Assembly: GCA_950097015.1 (NCBI GenBank)
Contig: CATNEN010000029.1
Span: forward strand, 6,634,001 to 6,698,000
DNA from: Macrostomum hystrix
Taxonomy: Eukaryota > Animalia > Platyhelminthes
Direction: 5' to 3'
DNA length: 64,000 nt
The translations under genes and the position numbers were made by a program. Below the pieces are notes generated by a model that was not told where the DNA came from, did no database searches, and saw only the letters and a program-made list of their open reading frames with translations. Positions 1 to 14,316 of the stretch are shown here, piece after piece; the first letter of the stretch is position 1, and each line of letters opens with the position of its first letter.

Positions 1-599
1 CTTTGCGTGACAAACCCGCGAATTGATTCCCACTATCTTGTACTCGTAAAGTCAAGTTACATGCGAGTCACACCGCCAGTCTCCCTTGACTGCTGACTAA
101 TTGGTTAGTGAGGATGGGGGCGATGAAGCTGGGATGCCTGGATGCCGCATCAGCGCAACCTGTCCGTGAGGCCGAGGAGATTCGGCAGCGCTCGCGTGCT
201 GGCGACGACAAGTCAAATGGAAATGGGAAAATTGAATTCCCAGACCCCCCTCAGGTGTGGACCTGGGTGGCGACTCTTCTGACCGCCGGACTCGCCTAAT
301 GACTTTCCCCTCTCCCCGGTCACACTTTCCGCTCCAACGAATTCTTTCGACTCCCTCTTTTACTTTCCTCTCTTCTTTTGCTAGAAGAAGAAAGTTTCAC
401 GCCAATTTTTTAATTCTTATCGTTGAGGGCCAGACTTGGCAGAGCTGTCGCTTGGACTAACGGAATAAACTAAATCACCTGGTTGGTTACTAGCACCACA
501 ATAAGCTATCTGGACCCACTGATTCTACCTGCAGCTGCTGATTTCGTTAGAGTATTCATTGCTGAATAGTAAATTAGATTATAAATGATGGTTAATAGA

Positions 600-1250
600 T
601 CTCTCCCCTCTCTCCTCTACCCTCTCTCGCCTACCCTCTCTCCTCAACCCTCTCTCCCCTACCCTCTCTCCTCTACCCTCTCTCTTCTACCCTCTCTCCC
701 CTACCCTCTCCTACTCTCCTCTCCTCTACCCTCTCTCCCCTACCCTCTCCTACTCTCCTCTCCTCTACCCTCTCTCCCCTACCCTCTCCTACTCTCCTCT
801 CCTCTACCCTCTCTCCTCTACCCTCTATCCTCTACCCTCGCTCCTCTACCCTCTCTTCTGTACCCTCTCTCCTCAACCCTCTCTCCCCTACCCTCTCTCC
901 TCTACCCTCTCTCCTCTACCCTCTCTCCTCTACCCTCTCTCCTCTACCCTCTCTCCTCTACCCTCTCTCTCCTACCCTCTCTACTCTCTCTCCTCTACCC
1001 TCTCTACCCTCTCTCCTCTACCCTCTCTCCTCTACCCTCTCTCTCCTACCCTCTCCTACTCTCCTCTCCTCTACTCTCTCTCCTCTACCCTCTCTCCTCT
1101 ACGCTCTCTCCTCTACCCTCTCTCTCCTACCCTCTCTACTCTCTCTCCTCTACCCTCTCTACCCTCTCTCCTCTACCCTCTCTCCTCTACCCTCTCTCTC
1201 CTACCCTCTCTACTCTCTCTCCTCTCCTCTCTCTCCTCTACTCTCTCCTC
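600..1250. repeat. CT-rich minisatellite (CTCTCTCCTCTACC-like)
   Basis: Visible tandem units; source of spurious ORF 585-1352. Confidence 0.9.
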
Positions 1251-1589
1251 CTTTTCAATCTCTTTTTCAAATTGACAAATCCAATTTTCTCACTCTCTGC
1301 GCAGCACTCTTACAACACACGCAAAAAGTCTCTCGACATTCAGGAAGTGTAGAGCTATTTTTTGCTCTACTTCAAATCCGCTGGCTTGTACAAGCTTAAT
1401 TCTAGCATTTTTTCATTATCACGTCTATTGGGTTGGTCGATGGCAAGTTTCTACTCGAGATATTGCTCCGGAGACACACACTGACTTGAACACTGCTCAC
1501 ACAATATGAACCGCTAGTGATTGCTCACACTTAGTCTGAGTCTCTCCCAGCACCCTCCGGAACTTGTGGCAATCCTATACTCTCTACTA

Positions 1590-1730
1590 ACAATATCCCA
1601 CTAACACCTAATATCCCAATAACCGATACCAATATCCCACTACAATCCACCAATATCCCACTACAATCCACCAATATCCCACTACAATCCACCAATATCC
1701 CACTACAGTCCAACAATATCCCACGACAAT
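1590..1730. repeat. 21-bp minisatellite CAATATCCCACTACAATCCAC
   Basis: About 5-6 tandem copies. Confidence 0.85.
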
Positions 1731-1740
1731 CTAACAGTAT

Positions 1741-2470
<730 letters not shown>

Positions 2471-3339
2471 TAGTGCAGGACTATCGAAATCTTCGCGAAC
2501 ATAACACTGCTGTCCCAGAGAATATAAGATTCGAAATTTGGCCCCGGCCGTGGGAGAATCGGCAAACCAGCTGCTGCTGCTTCTGCTAAAGACAGATCCC
2601 AGGGCACACTGTAATATCGATTCGTCCATATTCCCACCAAACTCTAGTCGCATTTTTTGTCGGAGAAGTTCGAAGTGTCAGAATCGATAGCCTGCAGAAA
2701 TCGGTGTGAAAGAGGGCCGCTAGCTACTCAGTCTGAAAGCGATGGCTTTGAGTCGGGGCAGGGCTATAGCTATCTATGCGCTAGAATTTATCGATTTCAG
2801 CTGCCATTTTTTACCTATATGAGCACACTCCGTCTAGAAAGCTGCATTAACTAATATGCGCGGCCTTTTTATGGCCATTCTATCTGAGCACACACAACTA
2901 GCCCAATGCAGGATCGGAAGTTGGTTGAGTCAGATGAGGCATTCGATTTGATGTTTGATGTTCAAAGTGGAAAAAAAACTATTGGAACATTGACTGTATC
3001 ATTTTTTGCGAATGCGAAAGTTTGCGGCCTCGGAACTTGCTTGTTATAATCCTCTCTGTGTTTACTCTTTGAAGCTTACTAGGGGAGAGCATTAATCACC
3101 CAGATTGATGGCTTGATGGATTTTGATCCCATCTTGGCAAGATTCATTTCGGAACGGTTATTTTCTGAAGTTTTTATTCCTAGAGCTTTCGGTTTTTAAC
3201 CAGCAATGTTGTTTAAGTAATTTGGTAACTCTAGACCCGCAGCCAGCGAGGAGACAATTCTGCCCATTCCTCTGGATGGAAGCCAAGGGTTCGAATCTCA
3301 GCGCTAGGGGGTGTGACCGTGTGAGGCTATTTCAAATAC

Positions 3340-3614
3340 CCAAATTATTCTTTTTTCTGTATCTCCTAAAAAATTCAACCAATCGGCATGAAAATTCAGA
3401 GCACTGACTAAAATTTTCCGATTAAACAACTTCCAGTCACGAAACATGGGCCAGTGCCCAGCTAGGCTAAATAGCGGAACTTGAATTTGTCAAGAAATTT
3501 TCCTGTGGAAATCAATCCGAGAAATCATCAGTAAAATGCACGGGCAGAATGATGAAACCTGCTGAACTGCTTTCTCAGGTCTTACAATGGCCCCTTAGAC
3601 TGTCCACCGCTTCA
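3340..3614. repeat. Dispersed repeat, copy a
   Basis: 3509-3614 is identical (106 bp) to 10413-10518, with looser similarity upstream. 3350-3447 resembles ~19125-19220. Confidence 0.85.
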
Positions 3615-3629
3615 TTTTAATTGATTTCC

Positions 3630-6600
3630 AGTCTTATCTCTCCCCTGCCTCATCCCTCCCCTCACTCATCTCTCCCCTCACTCATCTCTCCCCTGAGTCA
3701 TCTCTCCCTTGACTCATCTCTCCCCTGAATCATCTCTCCCCTCACTCATCACTCCCCTCACTCATCTCCCCCCTCACTCATCTCTCCCCTGACTCATCTC
3801 TCCCCTCACTCATCTCTCCCCTGACTCATCTCTCCCCTTACTCATCTCTCCCCTGACTCATCTCTCCCCTCACTCATCTCTCCCCTGACTCATCTCTCCC
3901 CTGACTCATCTCTCCCCAGTCTCATCTCTCCATTGTATCATCTCTCCCCTGTCTCATCTCTCCCCTGACTCATCTCTCCCCAGTCTCATCTCTCCATTGT
4001 CTCATCTCTCCCCTGACTCATCTCTCCCGTGTCTCATCTCTCCCCAGTCTCACCTCTGCCCAGTCTTATCTCTCCATTGTCTCATCTCTCCCCTGTCTCA
4101 TCTCTCCCCTGACTCATCTCTACCGTGTCTCATCTCTCCCCTGACTCTCCCCTGACTCTCCCCTGACTCCTCTCTCCCTTATTTAATATCTCACCTATTT
4201 CATATCTCCCCAGTCTCATCTCTCCCCAGTCTCATCTCTCCCCTGACTCATCTCTCCCCTTTCTCATCTCTCCATTGTCTCATCTCTCCCCTGTCTCATC
4301 TCTCCCCTGACTCATCTCTCCCCTGTCTCATCTCTCCCCTGTCTCATCTCTCCCTGTCTCATCTCTCCCTGTCTCATCTCTCCCCTGACTCTCCCCTGAC
4401 TCATCTCTCCCGTGTCTCATCTCTCCCCTGACTCTCCCCTGACTCTCCCCTGACTCCTCTCTCCCTTATTTAATATCTCACCTATTTCATATCTCCCCAG
4501 TCTCATCTCTCCCCAGTCTTATCTCTCCCCTGACTCATCTCTCCCCTTTCTCATCTCTCCCCTGTCTCATCTCTCCCTGTCTCATCTCTCCCCTGACTCA
4601 TCTCTCCCCTGTCTCATCTCTCCCCTGTCACAACTCTCACTGTCTCATCTCTCACTGTCTCATATCTCCCCTGTCTCATATCTCACTGTCTCATCTCTCC
4701 CGTGTCTCATCTCTCCCGTGTCTCATCTCTCCCCTGTCTCATCTCTCCCCTGTCTCATCTCTCCCCTGACTCTCCCCTGACTCATCTCTCCCGTGTCTCA
4801 TCTCTCCCCTGACTCTCCCCTGACTCTCCCCCGACTCCTCTCTCCCTTATTTAATATCTCACCTATTTCATATCTCCCCAGTCTCATCTCTCCCCTGACT
4901 CTCCCCTGACTCATCTCTCCCGTGTCTCATCTCTCCCCTGACTCTCCCCTGACTCTCCCCTGACTCCTCTCTCCCTTATTTAATATCTCACCTATTTCAT
5001 ATCTCCCCAGTCTCATCTCTCCCCTGACTCATCTCTCCCCTTTCTCATCTCTCTCATCTCTCCATTGTCTCATCTCTCCATTGTCTCATCTCTCCATTGT
5101 CTCATCTCTCGATTGTCTCATTTCTCCATTGTCTCATCTCTCCATTGTCTCATCTCTCCATTGTCTCATCTCTCCATTGTCTCATCTCTCCACTGTTTCA
5201 TCTCTCCATTGTCTCATCTCTCCATTGTCTCATCTCTCCCCTGACTCATCTCTCCCGTGTCTCATCTCTCCCCAGTCTCACCTCTGCACAGTCTTATCTC
5301 TCCATTGTCTCATCTCTCCCCTGTCTCATCTCTCCCCTGACTCATCTCTCCCGTGTCTCATCTCTCCCCTGACTCTCCCCTGACTCTCCCCTGACTCCTC
5401 TCTCCCTTATTTAATATCTCACCTATTTCATATCTCCCCAGTCACATCTCTCCCCAGTCTCATCTCTCCCCTGACTCATCTCTCCCCTTTCTCATCTCTC
5501 CCCTGTCTCATCTCTCCCTGTCTCATCTCTCCCCTGACTCATCTCTCCCCTGTCTCATCTCTCCCCTGTCTCATCTCTCCCTGTCTCATCTCTCCCTGTC
5601 TCATCTCTCCCCTGACTCTCCCCTGACTCTCCCCTGACTCCTCTCTCCCTTATTTAATATCTCACCTATTTCATATCTCCCCAGTCTCATCTCTCCCCAG
5701 TCTCATCTCTCCCCTGACTCATCTCTCCCCTTTCTCATCTCTCTCATCTCTCCATTGTCTCATCTCTCCATTGTCTCATCTCTCCATTGTCTCATCTCTC
5801 CCCTGTCTCATCTCTCCCTGTCTCATCTCTCCCTGTCTCATCTCTCCCCTGACTCTCCCCTGTCTCATCTCTCCCGTGTCTCATCTCTCCCCTGACTCTC
5901 CCCTGACTCTCCCCTGACTCCTCTCTCCCTTATTTAATATCTCACCTATTTCATATCTCCCCAGTCTCATCTCTCCCCAGTCTCATCTCTCCCCTGACTC
6001 ATCTCTCCCCTTTCTCATCTCTCCCCTGTCTCATCTCTCCCTGTCTCATCTCTCCCCTGACTCATCTCTCCTCTGTCTCATCTCTCCCCTGTCTCATCTC
6101 TCCCTGTCTCATCTCTCCCTGTCTCATCTCTCCCCTGACTCTCCCCTGACTCTCCCCTGACTCCTCTCTCCCTTATTTAATATCTCACCTATTTCATATC
6201 TCCCCAGTCTCATCTCTCCCCAGTCTCATCTCTCCCCTGACTCATCTCTCCCCTTTCTCATCTCTCTCATCTCTCCATTGTCTCATCTCTCCATTGTCTC
6301 ATCTCTCCATTGTCTCATCTCTCCCCTGTCTCATCTCTCCCTGTCTCATCTCTCCCTGTCTCATCTCTCCCCTGACTCTCCCCTGTCTCATCTCTCCCGT
6401 GTCTCATCTCTCCCCTGACTCTCCCCTGACTCTCCCCTGACTCCTCTCTCCCTTATTTAATATCTCACCTATTTCATATCTCCCCAGTCTCATCTCTCCC
6501 CAGTCTCATCTCTCCCCTGACTCATCTCTCCCCTTTCTCATCTCTCCCCTGTCTCATCTCTCCCTGTCTCATCTCTCCCCTGACTCATCTCTCCTCTGTC

Positions 6601-7460
6601 TCATCTCTCCCCTGTCTCATCTCTCCCTGTCTCATCTCTCCCTGTCTCATCTCTCCCCTGACTCTCCCCTGACTCTCCCCTGACTCCTCTCTCCCTTATT
6701 TAATATCTCACCTATTTCATATCTCCCCAGTCTCATCTCTCCCCAGTCTCATCTCTCCCCTGACTCATCTCTCCCCTTTCTCATCTCTCTCATCTCTCCA
6801 TTGTCTCATCTCTCCATTGTCTCATCTCTCCATTGTCTCATCTCTCCCCTGTCTCATCTCTCCCTGTCTCATCTCTCCCTGTCTCATCTCTCCCCTGACT
6901 CTCCCCTGTCTCATCTCTCCCGTGTCTCATCTCTCCCCTGACTCTCCCCTGACTCTCCCCTGACTCCTCTCTCCCTTATTTAATATCTCACCTATTTCAT
7001 ATCTCCCCAGTCTCATCTCTCCCCTGACTCATCTCTCCCCTTTCTCATCTCTCTCATCTCTCCATTGTCTCATCTCTCCATTGTCTCATCTCTCCATTGT
7101 CTCATCTCTCGATTGTCTCATTTCTCCATTGTCTCATCTCTCCATTGTCTCATCTCTCCATTGTCTCATCTCTCCCCTGTTTCATCTCTCCATTGTCTCA
7201 TCTCTCCATTGTCTCATCTCTCCCCTGACTCATCTCTCCCGTGTCTCATCTCTCCCCAGTCTCACCTCTGCACAGTCTTATCTCTCCATTGTCTCATCTC
7301 TCCCCTGTCTCATCTCTCCCCTGACTCATCTCTCCCGTGTCTCATCTCTCCCCTGACTCTCCCCTGACTCTCCCCTGACTCCTCTCTCCCTTATTTAATA
7401 TCTCACCTATTTCATATCTCCCCAGTCTCATCTCTCCCCAGTCTCATCTCTGCCCAGTCT
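3630..7460. repeat. 16-bp CTCATCTCTCCCCTGT/GA minisatellite with higher-order structure
   Basis: Tandem units punctuated about 12 times by the marker CTTATTTAATATCTCACCTATTTCATATC. Confidence 0.95.
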
Positions 7461-7914
7461 CATACGAGGATCTGTCCAACTGTGAAGAATCCCAATTAAG
7501 TGTTTAGTTGGGCACATTACTGTTAGCACTGCACCTAACAGTTATTGATTCCTGGCCCTTCGCAATCCACTTAGACGTCACTTGACGAATAAGATTTTTA
7601 ACTCCACCCTTTGCTCAGGTAAAGAACAATCCAGCTTCACTTGATATTTGCACTTTTAATATTTTTTCAGTGCTTTACTTTATAGCGATAAAAATGAACA
7701 GTACTTCAACAGTGAAGTCGTGGACCCTGGCAGTTGGCGATGGCACAGTATCCAGTCATGCATAATGAATAAGTTTGAGCGGGTTAAAGTGAAGCCACAT
7801 TTTACCTTTCATTGTTGTCCTGTCAAGCGCGCTACAGCAAATTTGACTGCAAATAAAAATCTACTTTATAACAACGATCAGGGAACCGTCTCCAGAACTC
7901 TTTTAAATCGGAAG

Positions 7915-8925
7915 CTTAGGTGTCTTAGAGAGTGAACTGGGGTGTCTTAGAGAGTGAACTGGGGTGTCTGAGAGTGAACTGGGGTGTCTTAGAGAGTGAA
8001 CTGGGGTGTCTTAGAAAGTGAACTGGGGTGTCTTAGAGAGTGAACTGGGGTGTCTTAGAAAGTGAACTGGGGTGTCTTAGAAAGTGAACTGGGGTGTCTT
8101 AGAGAGTGAACTGGGGTGTCTTAGAAAGTGAACTGGGGTGTCTTAGAGAGTGAACTGGGGTGTCTGAGAGTGAACTGGGGTGTCTGAGAGAGTGAACTGG
8201 GGTGTCTGAGAGTGAACTGGGGTGTCTTAGAGTGAACTGGGGTGTCTGAGAGTGAACTGGGGTGTCTGAGAGTGAACTGGGGTGTCTGAAAGTGAACTGG
8301 GGTGTCTGAGAGAGTGAACTGGGGTGTCTGAGAAAGTCAACTGGGGTGTCTGAGAGTGAACTGGGGTGTCTTAGAGAGTGAACTGGGGTGTGTGAGAGAG
8401 TGAACTGGGGTGTGTGAGAGAGTGAACTGGGGTGTCTGAGAGTGAACTGGAGTGTCTGAGAAAGTGAACTGGGGTGTCTGAGAGTGAACTGGAGTGTCTG
8501 AGAGTGAACTGAAGTGTCTGAGAGTGAACTGGGGTGTCTGAGAGTGAACTGGGGTGTCTGAGAGTGAACTGGGGTGTCTGAGAGTGAACTGGGGTGTCTG
8601 AAAGTGAACTGGGGTGTCTGAGAGAGTGAACTGGGGTGTCTGAGAGTGAACTGGGGTGTCTGAGAGTGAACTGGGGTGTCTGAGAGTGAACTGGGGTGTC
8701 TGAGAGTGAACTGGGGTGTCTGAAAGTGAACTGGGGTGTCTGAGAGAGTGAACTGGGGTGTCTGAGAGTGAACTGGGGTGTCTTAGAGAGTAAACTGGGG
8801 TGTCTTAGAGAGTGAACTGGGGTGTCTGAGAGAGTGAACTGGGGTGTCTGAGAAAGTCAACTGGGGTGTCTGAGAGAGTGAACTGGGGTGTCTGAGAGTG
8901 AACTGAGGTGTCTGAGAGTGAACTG
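7915..8925. repeat. 20-22-bp minisatellite GAGAGTGAACTGGGGTGTCT(TA/GA)
   Basis: Visible tandem array. Confidence 0.95.
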
Positions 8926-9654
8926 GAGGTTCAGAAAGATAGTGGAATTTCAAGGAGGCAAGTGTTTGTTTATTGGCGAAATCCGACGCATATGGTTCAG
9001 GAGACTCTTATATTTAGCACCGCATGCAAGAATAACTTCAGTCACAGACATGATTCTGAGTCCCTGTCTCTCCTAGAAGATGAGCTCACAGAAAAAAGCT
9101 TCTTAGGAAAAAAAACCAAAAACACTGCGAGTTAGGAGAAGAGACAGTCAAACAGGAGGTCCTAGCCTTGTGACTGACAGCGAAAACTCACAGCAGCCGC
9201 GATGGTGATGAGGGGGGGGGTAAATGCATTGCCGGATAAAAAGAAGAGCTGAAATTTGAGAAGCGGAGAAATCGCGGTGAGACATTTCTGGCACGAACTA
9301 GCTGACAAGATGACTTGTGTCATAAAAAAAGCTCAATGCACATTTTCAAGCAAGATTCACTGATCAGGTTCTGTACGAACTTTCCAAATTTTCCCAACAA
9401 TCTTTAGGCTAGAAATTTTTCGACTGAAAGTCTAAAAAGCAGTTAAAAAGTGCATCTGAAGACTAGCGACCAGACTGATAACGTTTTGTTCTGTTCCACC
9501 AGTCGCTGATTCACCAGGCTGTTTATACTATGCGACTGTCGACGTACAGGCGATGGGCCCTTTTAAGGGAAGGAAATCACCAATCTTTTTTACGGGAAAA
9601 TTTCCCTATACCTTAAGGCTACTAATTACTTTGTTATCTGACGGAAGAAAATAA

Positions 9655-10260
9655 AATCCCATAGAATGATCTGACGGAATAACAATATCCCAATAGATGA
9701 TCTGACGGAATAACAATATCCCAATAGATGATCTGACGGGATAACAATATCCCAATAGATGATCTGACGGAATAACAATATCCCAATAGATGATCTGACA
9801 GGATAACAATATCCCAATAGATGATCTGACGGGATAACAATATCTCAATAGATGATCTGACGGGATAACAATATCCCAATAGATGATCTGACGGAATAAC
9901 AATATCCCAATAGATGATCTGACAGGATAACAATATCCCAATAGATGATCTGATGGGATAACAATATCCCAATAGATGATCTGATGGGATAACAATATCC
10001 CAATAGATGATCTGACAGGATAACGATATCCCAATAGATGATCTGACGGGATAACAATATCCCAATATATGATCTGACGGAATAACAATATCCCAATAGA
10101 TGATCTGACGGGATAATAATATCTCAATAGATGATCTGACGGGATAACAATATCCCATGGAATAATCTGACGGGATAACAATATCCTATGAAATAACCAG
10201 ACAGGATAAAAATATCCCAATGGATTATCTGACGGGATAACAATATCCCAATAGATGATA
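9655..10260. repeat. 31-bp minisatellite GATGATCTGACGGRATAACAATATCCCAATA
   Basis: Visible tandem array, degenerating at the right end. Confidence 0.95.
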
Positions 10261-10329
10261 TTCCGGGGTAAAAATATTCCTCTAAATAACCTGAAGGAAC
10301 AATATTATCCCAAGCAAATACTGGCGCCA

Positions 10330-10518
10330 CACAGTCGCAAACAATAAATTTAGGCCAGTATTTAGCTAGGCTAAATAGCGGCACTTGACTCTGACCTGAA
10401 ATTTTCCAGTCAAAATCAATCCGAGAAATCATCAGTAAAATGCACGGGCAGAATGATGAAACCTGCTGAACTGCTTTCTCAGGTCTTACAATGGCCCCTT
10501 AGACTGTCCACCGCTTCA
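10330..10518. repeat. Dispersed repeat, copy b
   Basis: 106-bp exact match to 3509-3614, plus shared AGCTAGGCTAAATAGCGG. Confidence 0.85.
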
Positions 10519-10529
10519 CCTTCCATGCA

Positions 10530-10790
10530 CACTTCTCACGTCTCTCCCCTGTCTCCTCTCTACCCTGTCTCATCTCTTATCTCATCTCTCCCGTGCCTCA
10601 TCTCTGCCCTGTCTCCTCTCTCCCCTGTCTCAACTCTCTCCCAGTCCCATTTCTGCCCTGACTCATCTCTCCCCTATTTAATCTCTCACCTATTTCATCT
10701 CTGCCCTGTCTCATCTCTGCCCTGTCTCATCTATCCCCTGTTTTATATCTCCCGTCTCTCATCTCTCTTTATCCTATCTCTTTATCACTT
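10530..10790. repeat. Degenerate CTCATCTCTCCCCTGT array
   Basis: Same family as 3630-7460, including a decayed marker CTATTTAATCTCTCACCTATTTCATC. Confidence 0.85.
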
Positions 10791-12224
10791 GTCTACCACG
10801 GTTATATTAGATCACACTAGTACATTCTTACACTTTTTCAGCTCTCTCTGAAAAAGGAGAGAGGAAGTAGCCTCTCGTCTCTCCCAGTCTCCATCTCGCC
10901 TGTTCTCTTGCCCGGTCTCCCAGTTGAGCACACCTGAGCACTCCCATTCACATTGTTGAGCATCCGTCTGACGCCTTATCAAACATTCATGCGACCCGCC
11001 GTACGAGTCCACGCACTGCTCAAGGGCACGTCTCATCTCAAATTCTGAGGGACCTGTGAGTAATTCCAGGCATTTCGCTACATTCTTTGGCGGCAGATAT
11101 TGACAAAGCAAGCATTAGAGTAGATGAGATTAGATTAGAGACTGCTGTGAGATTCTCATCAATTCTTTATCAGATCTGAGTTGATACTCTGAGATATTCT
11201 CATTGTAATTTCGTTACTACTTAGTCAATTGAACTGATCAGAACTGTTGGCCCATTGATATTGTATTGACACTGGAAATATGGCGTCAAGAAGTTAGCTA
11301 TTTGATCAATGAAAAGTGAAATAAATCTTATGCAAGAGTAAAACTTGAGCAGTTCTTTTATGTTCTTAACAAAAAGTCTATTTTTAGGGTTTTTCTACAT
11401 TTCTCTTCTCTTGGAAGATTTTGCTGTAGAAACAGCCGGACAGAGAGAGAGAGAGAGAAAGCTAGTCTAGTCGGCTAAAGAACCGCGAGTTAGATGTCTC
11501 GGGCCTTTTCGGACGAAGGAAGTGAGCAAGGGAGAGAGAGAGAACGAGAAGAGGAAACTTGGATCCGTTTGTGGCAATGGCGAGGAGACTTTATTTTGAG
11601 TTCATTCCGCGAAGTTAATTTGAGGCCAAAATCGGCTATGCAACGGTTGCGGGCGGAAAATAAAAAGAAATGGGAATAGGGAGCTAGGAGTTAGACAGCG
11701 TTAGAGTGAGCACTGGTCCAGTCGGTGCAAGGCTGCTCAATGGCTACTGAGTGGTCAGGGAGCAGGGGGAGAATGGGAGAAGTCCCAGGGTAGGTTCTCG
11801 AGGCTTTAGTTTCCAGGAGGGTGGGGAAAATATATCCTCACTGCTCTTTCCTTTGGATAGGACTAATCAGACACGACTGGAGTCTCTGATCTAGGATGTC
11901 TGGGGTGTTTGCCGTGTTGCCTGAAGTGTCACTAGACTTCGCCGGCTTCAAATTTTCTTCTTGCACTTTTAAAAAGAGCGATACTGAAGCTGTTTAATTT
12001 GATGAGAGGCATGGAAAACTCTGATGGAAAATTCTCAGATCGGAAGTGCGTGAATCGTTAGTTGTGGTAATTATTTCTAGTAAAGAGTTCTAAGCCACGA
12101 ATCTTTATTTCTAAGAAATAACAAACCATTTATTTATATTTTTTTGGAAAGTGACAAATGCTTTAGCTGATCTCCACGGAAATTACTAGCCGTTGCCAGC
12201 AGAATAGGATTTCCGAAGAAATGC

Positions 12225-13535
12225 AACTGGCTTGATCAGATTTCTAGGAAACACGCAAATGGCTTGAGAAAATTTCTAGGAAACATGCAACTGGCTTGAT
12301 GAGATTTCCAGGAAACATGCAACTGGCTTGATGAGATTTCTAGGAAACATGCAACTGGCTTGATGAGATTTCTAGGAAAAATGCAACTGGCTTGATGAGA
12401 TTTCTAGGAAACATGCAACTGGCTTGATGAGATTTCTAGGAAACATGCAACTGGCTTGATGAGATTTCTAGGAAACATGCAACTGACTTGATGAGATTTC
12501 TAGGAAACATGCAACTGGCTTGATGAGATTTCTAGGAAACATGCAACTGGCTTGATGAGATTTCTAGGAAACATGCAACTGACTTGATGAGATTTCTAGG
12601 AAACATGCAACTGACTTGATGTAATTTCTAGGAAACATGCAACTGGCTTGATGTAATTTCTAGGAAACATGCAACTGGCTTGTGATGAACATGCAACTGG
12701 CTTGATGAGATTTCTAGGAAACATGCAACTGACTTGATGTAATTTCTAGGAAACATGCAACTGGCTTGTGATGAACATGCAACTGGCTTGATGAGATTTC
12801 TAGGAAAAATGCAACTGGCTTGATGAGATTTCTAGGAAAAATGCAACTGGCTTGATGAGATTTCTAGGAAAAATGCAACTGGCTTGATGAGATTTCTAGG
12901 AAAAATGCAACTGGCTTGATGAGATTTCTAGGAAAATTGCAACTGGCTTGATGAGATTTCTAGGAAACATGCAACTGGCTTGATGAGATTTCTAGGAAAC
13001 ATGCAACTGGCTTGATGAGATTTCTAGGAAACATGCAACTGGCTTGATGAGATTTCTAGGAAAAATGCAACTGACTTGATGTAATTTCTAGGAAACATGC
13101 AACTGGCTTGTGATGAAACAAGCAACTCGTTTGATGAGATTTCTAGGAAACACGCAAATGGCTTGAGAAAATTTCTAGGAAACATGCAACTGGCTTGATA
13201 AGATTTCCAGGAAACATGCGACTGGTTTGATGAGATTTCTAGGAAGCATGAAACTGGTTTGATGTGATTTCTAGGAAACATGCAACTGGCTTGTGATGAA
13301 ACAAGCAACTCGTTTGATGTGATTTCTAGGAAACATGCAAATGGCTTGAGAAAATTTCTAGGAAACATGCAACTGGCTTGATAAGATTTCCAGGAAACAT
13401 GCGACTGGTTGGATGAGATTTCTAGGAAGCATGAAACTGGTTTGATGAGATTTCTAGGAAACATGCAACCGGTTTGATGTGATTTCTAGGAAACATGCAA
13501 CTGGCTTGATGAGATTTCTAGGAAGCATGCAATTT
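12225..13535. repeat. 32-bp minisatellite GATGAGATTTCTAGGAAACATGCAACTGGCTT
   Basis: About 40 tandem units. Confidence 0.95.
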
Positions 13536-14284
13536 AGTTAATACAATTTCTGGTAATTTTATTATGCTTAAATTGTTAGAAAGCACTGTTGTTGTTCTTA
13601 TGAAAGATAAAAGCGATCAGATAAGAAAGACCTTTATTCTGTGTTTGCTAGAACTTTTTGTAACATTTCAATTTTTTCCATTGAAGTTTATCATGACCGA
13701 TTGAGTTTAATTCTAAGAAACGGTTCTATGCGAATCGCCTTGATTTCTAGGAATCCCAAAAATTCTAGGAAATACGCTACGCATTTTAAATTCGCGCTCA
13801 CACAGGCGTCAAACCGGATCAGAATTGACTTCCCAATGTGCGGATCCCTAGAGTTTTGGGGAGCTGGACAGTCAGAGGGTTTCCCATATCGTGAGTTTTT
13901 TCTTCTCTCTTTTTTTCAACCTCGCTCTCCCATCCGATTGGCGGTTCTGCACGTGCCCACGCGCGAGTGTGTGTGGGCCTTAGGGACAAGGGAGCAGGTT
14001 TCCTCGAAGCAGCACCTTGCGCTGGGTTGGCAAGGAACAGGCAGGGCTGGGGGAGATGGGAGTAAGGAAACTGGATGGAGCAATTTCGCTGGCTAGGGCG
14101 AGCCCTCAAATCGACGACCCCCTCAGCCAGCCGCCCCCCGCAGCCGATGGGGGGGTATTTGGCGCGCCTTTCGCGAAATTCGCTCACAGCGGAGGAGCGA
14201 GCGAGTGAGAGACAGGAAGCTGAAGGTAGAGAAGCCTTCTGTGCTTCAGGAAGCCGACAAAAGCATCAGTCAGCGGCGACTCTG

Positions 14285-14316
<32 letters not shown>

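Noticed and set aside
10812-11111. 99-aa minus-strand ORF as an exon
   Set aside because: No recognisable motif and no partner exons; cannot be supported without a search.
7915-13535. Regular 20-32-bp repeats as a CRISPR array
   Set aside because: Units are directly tandem with no unique spacers, there are no cas genes, and the context is eukaryotic.
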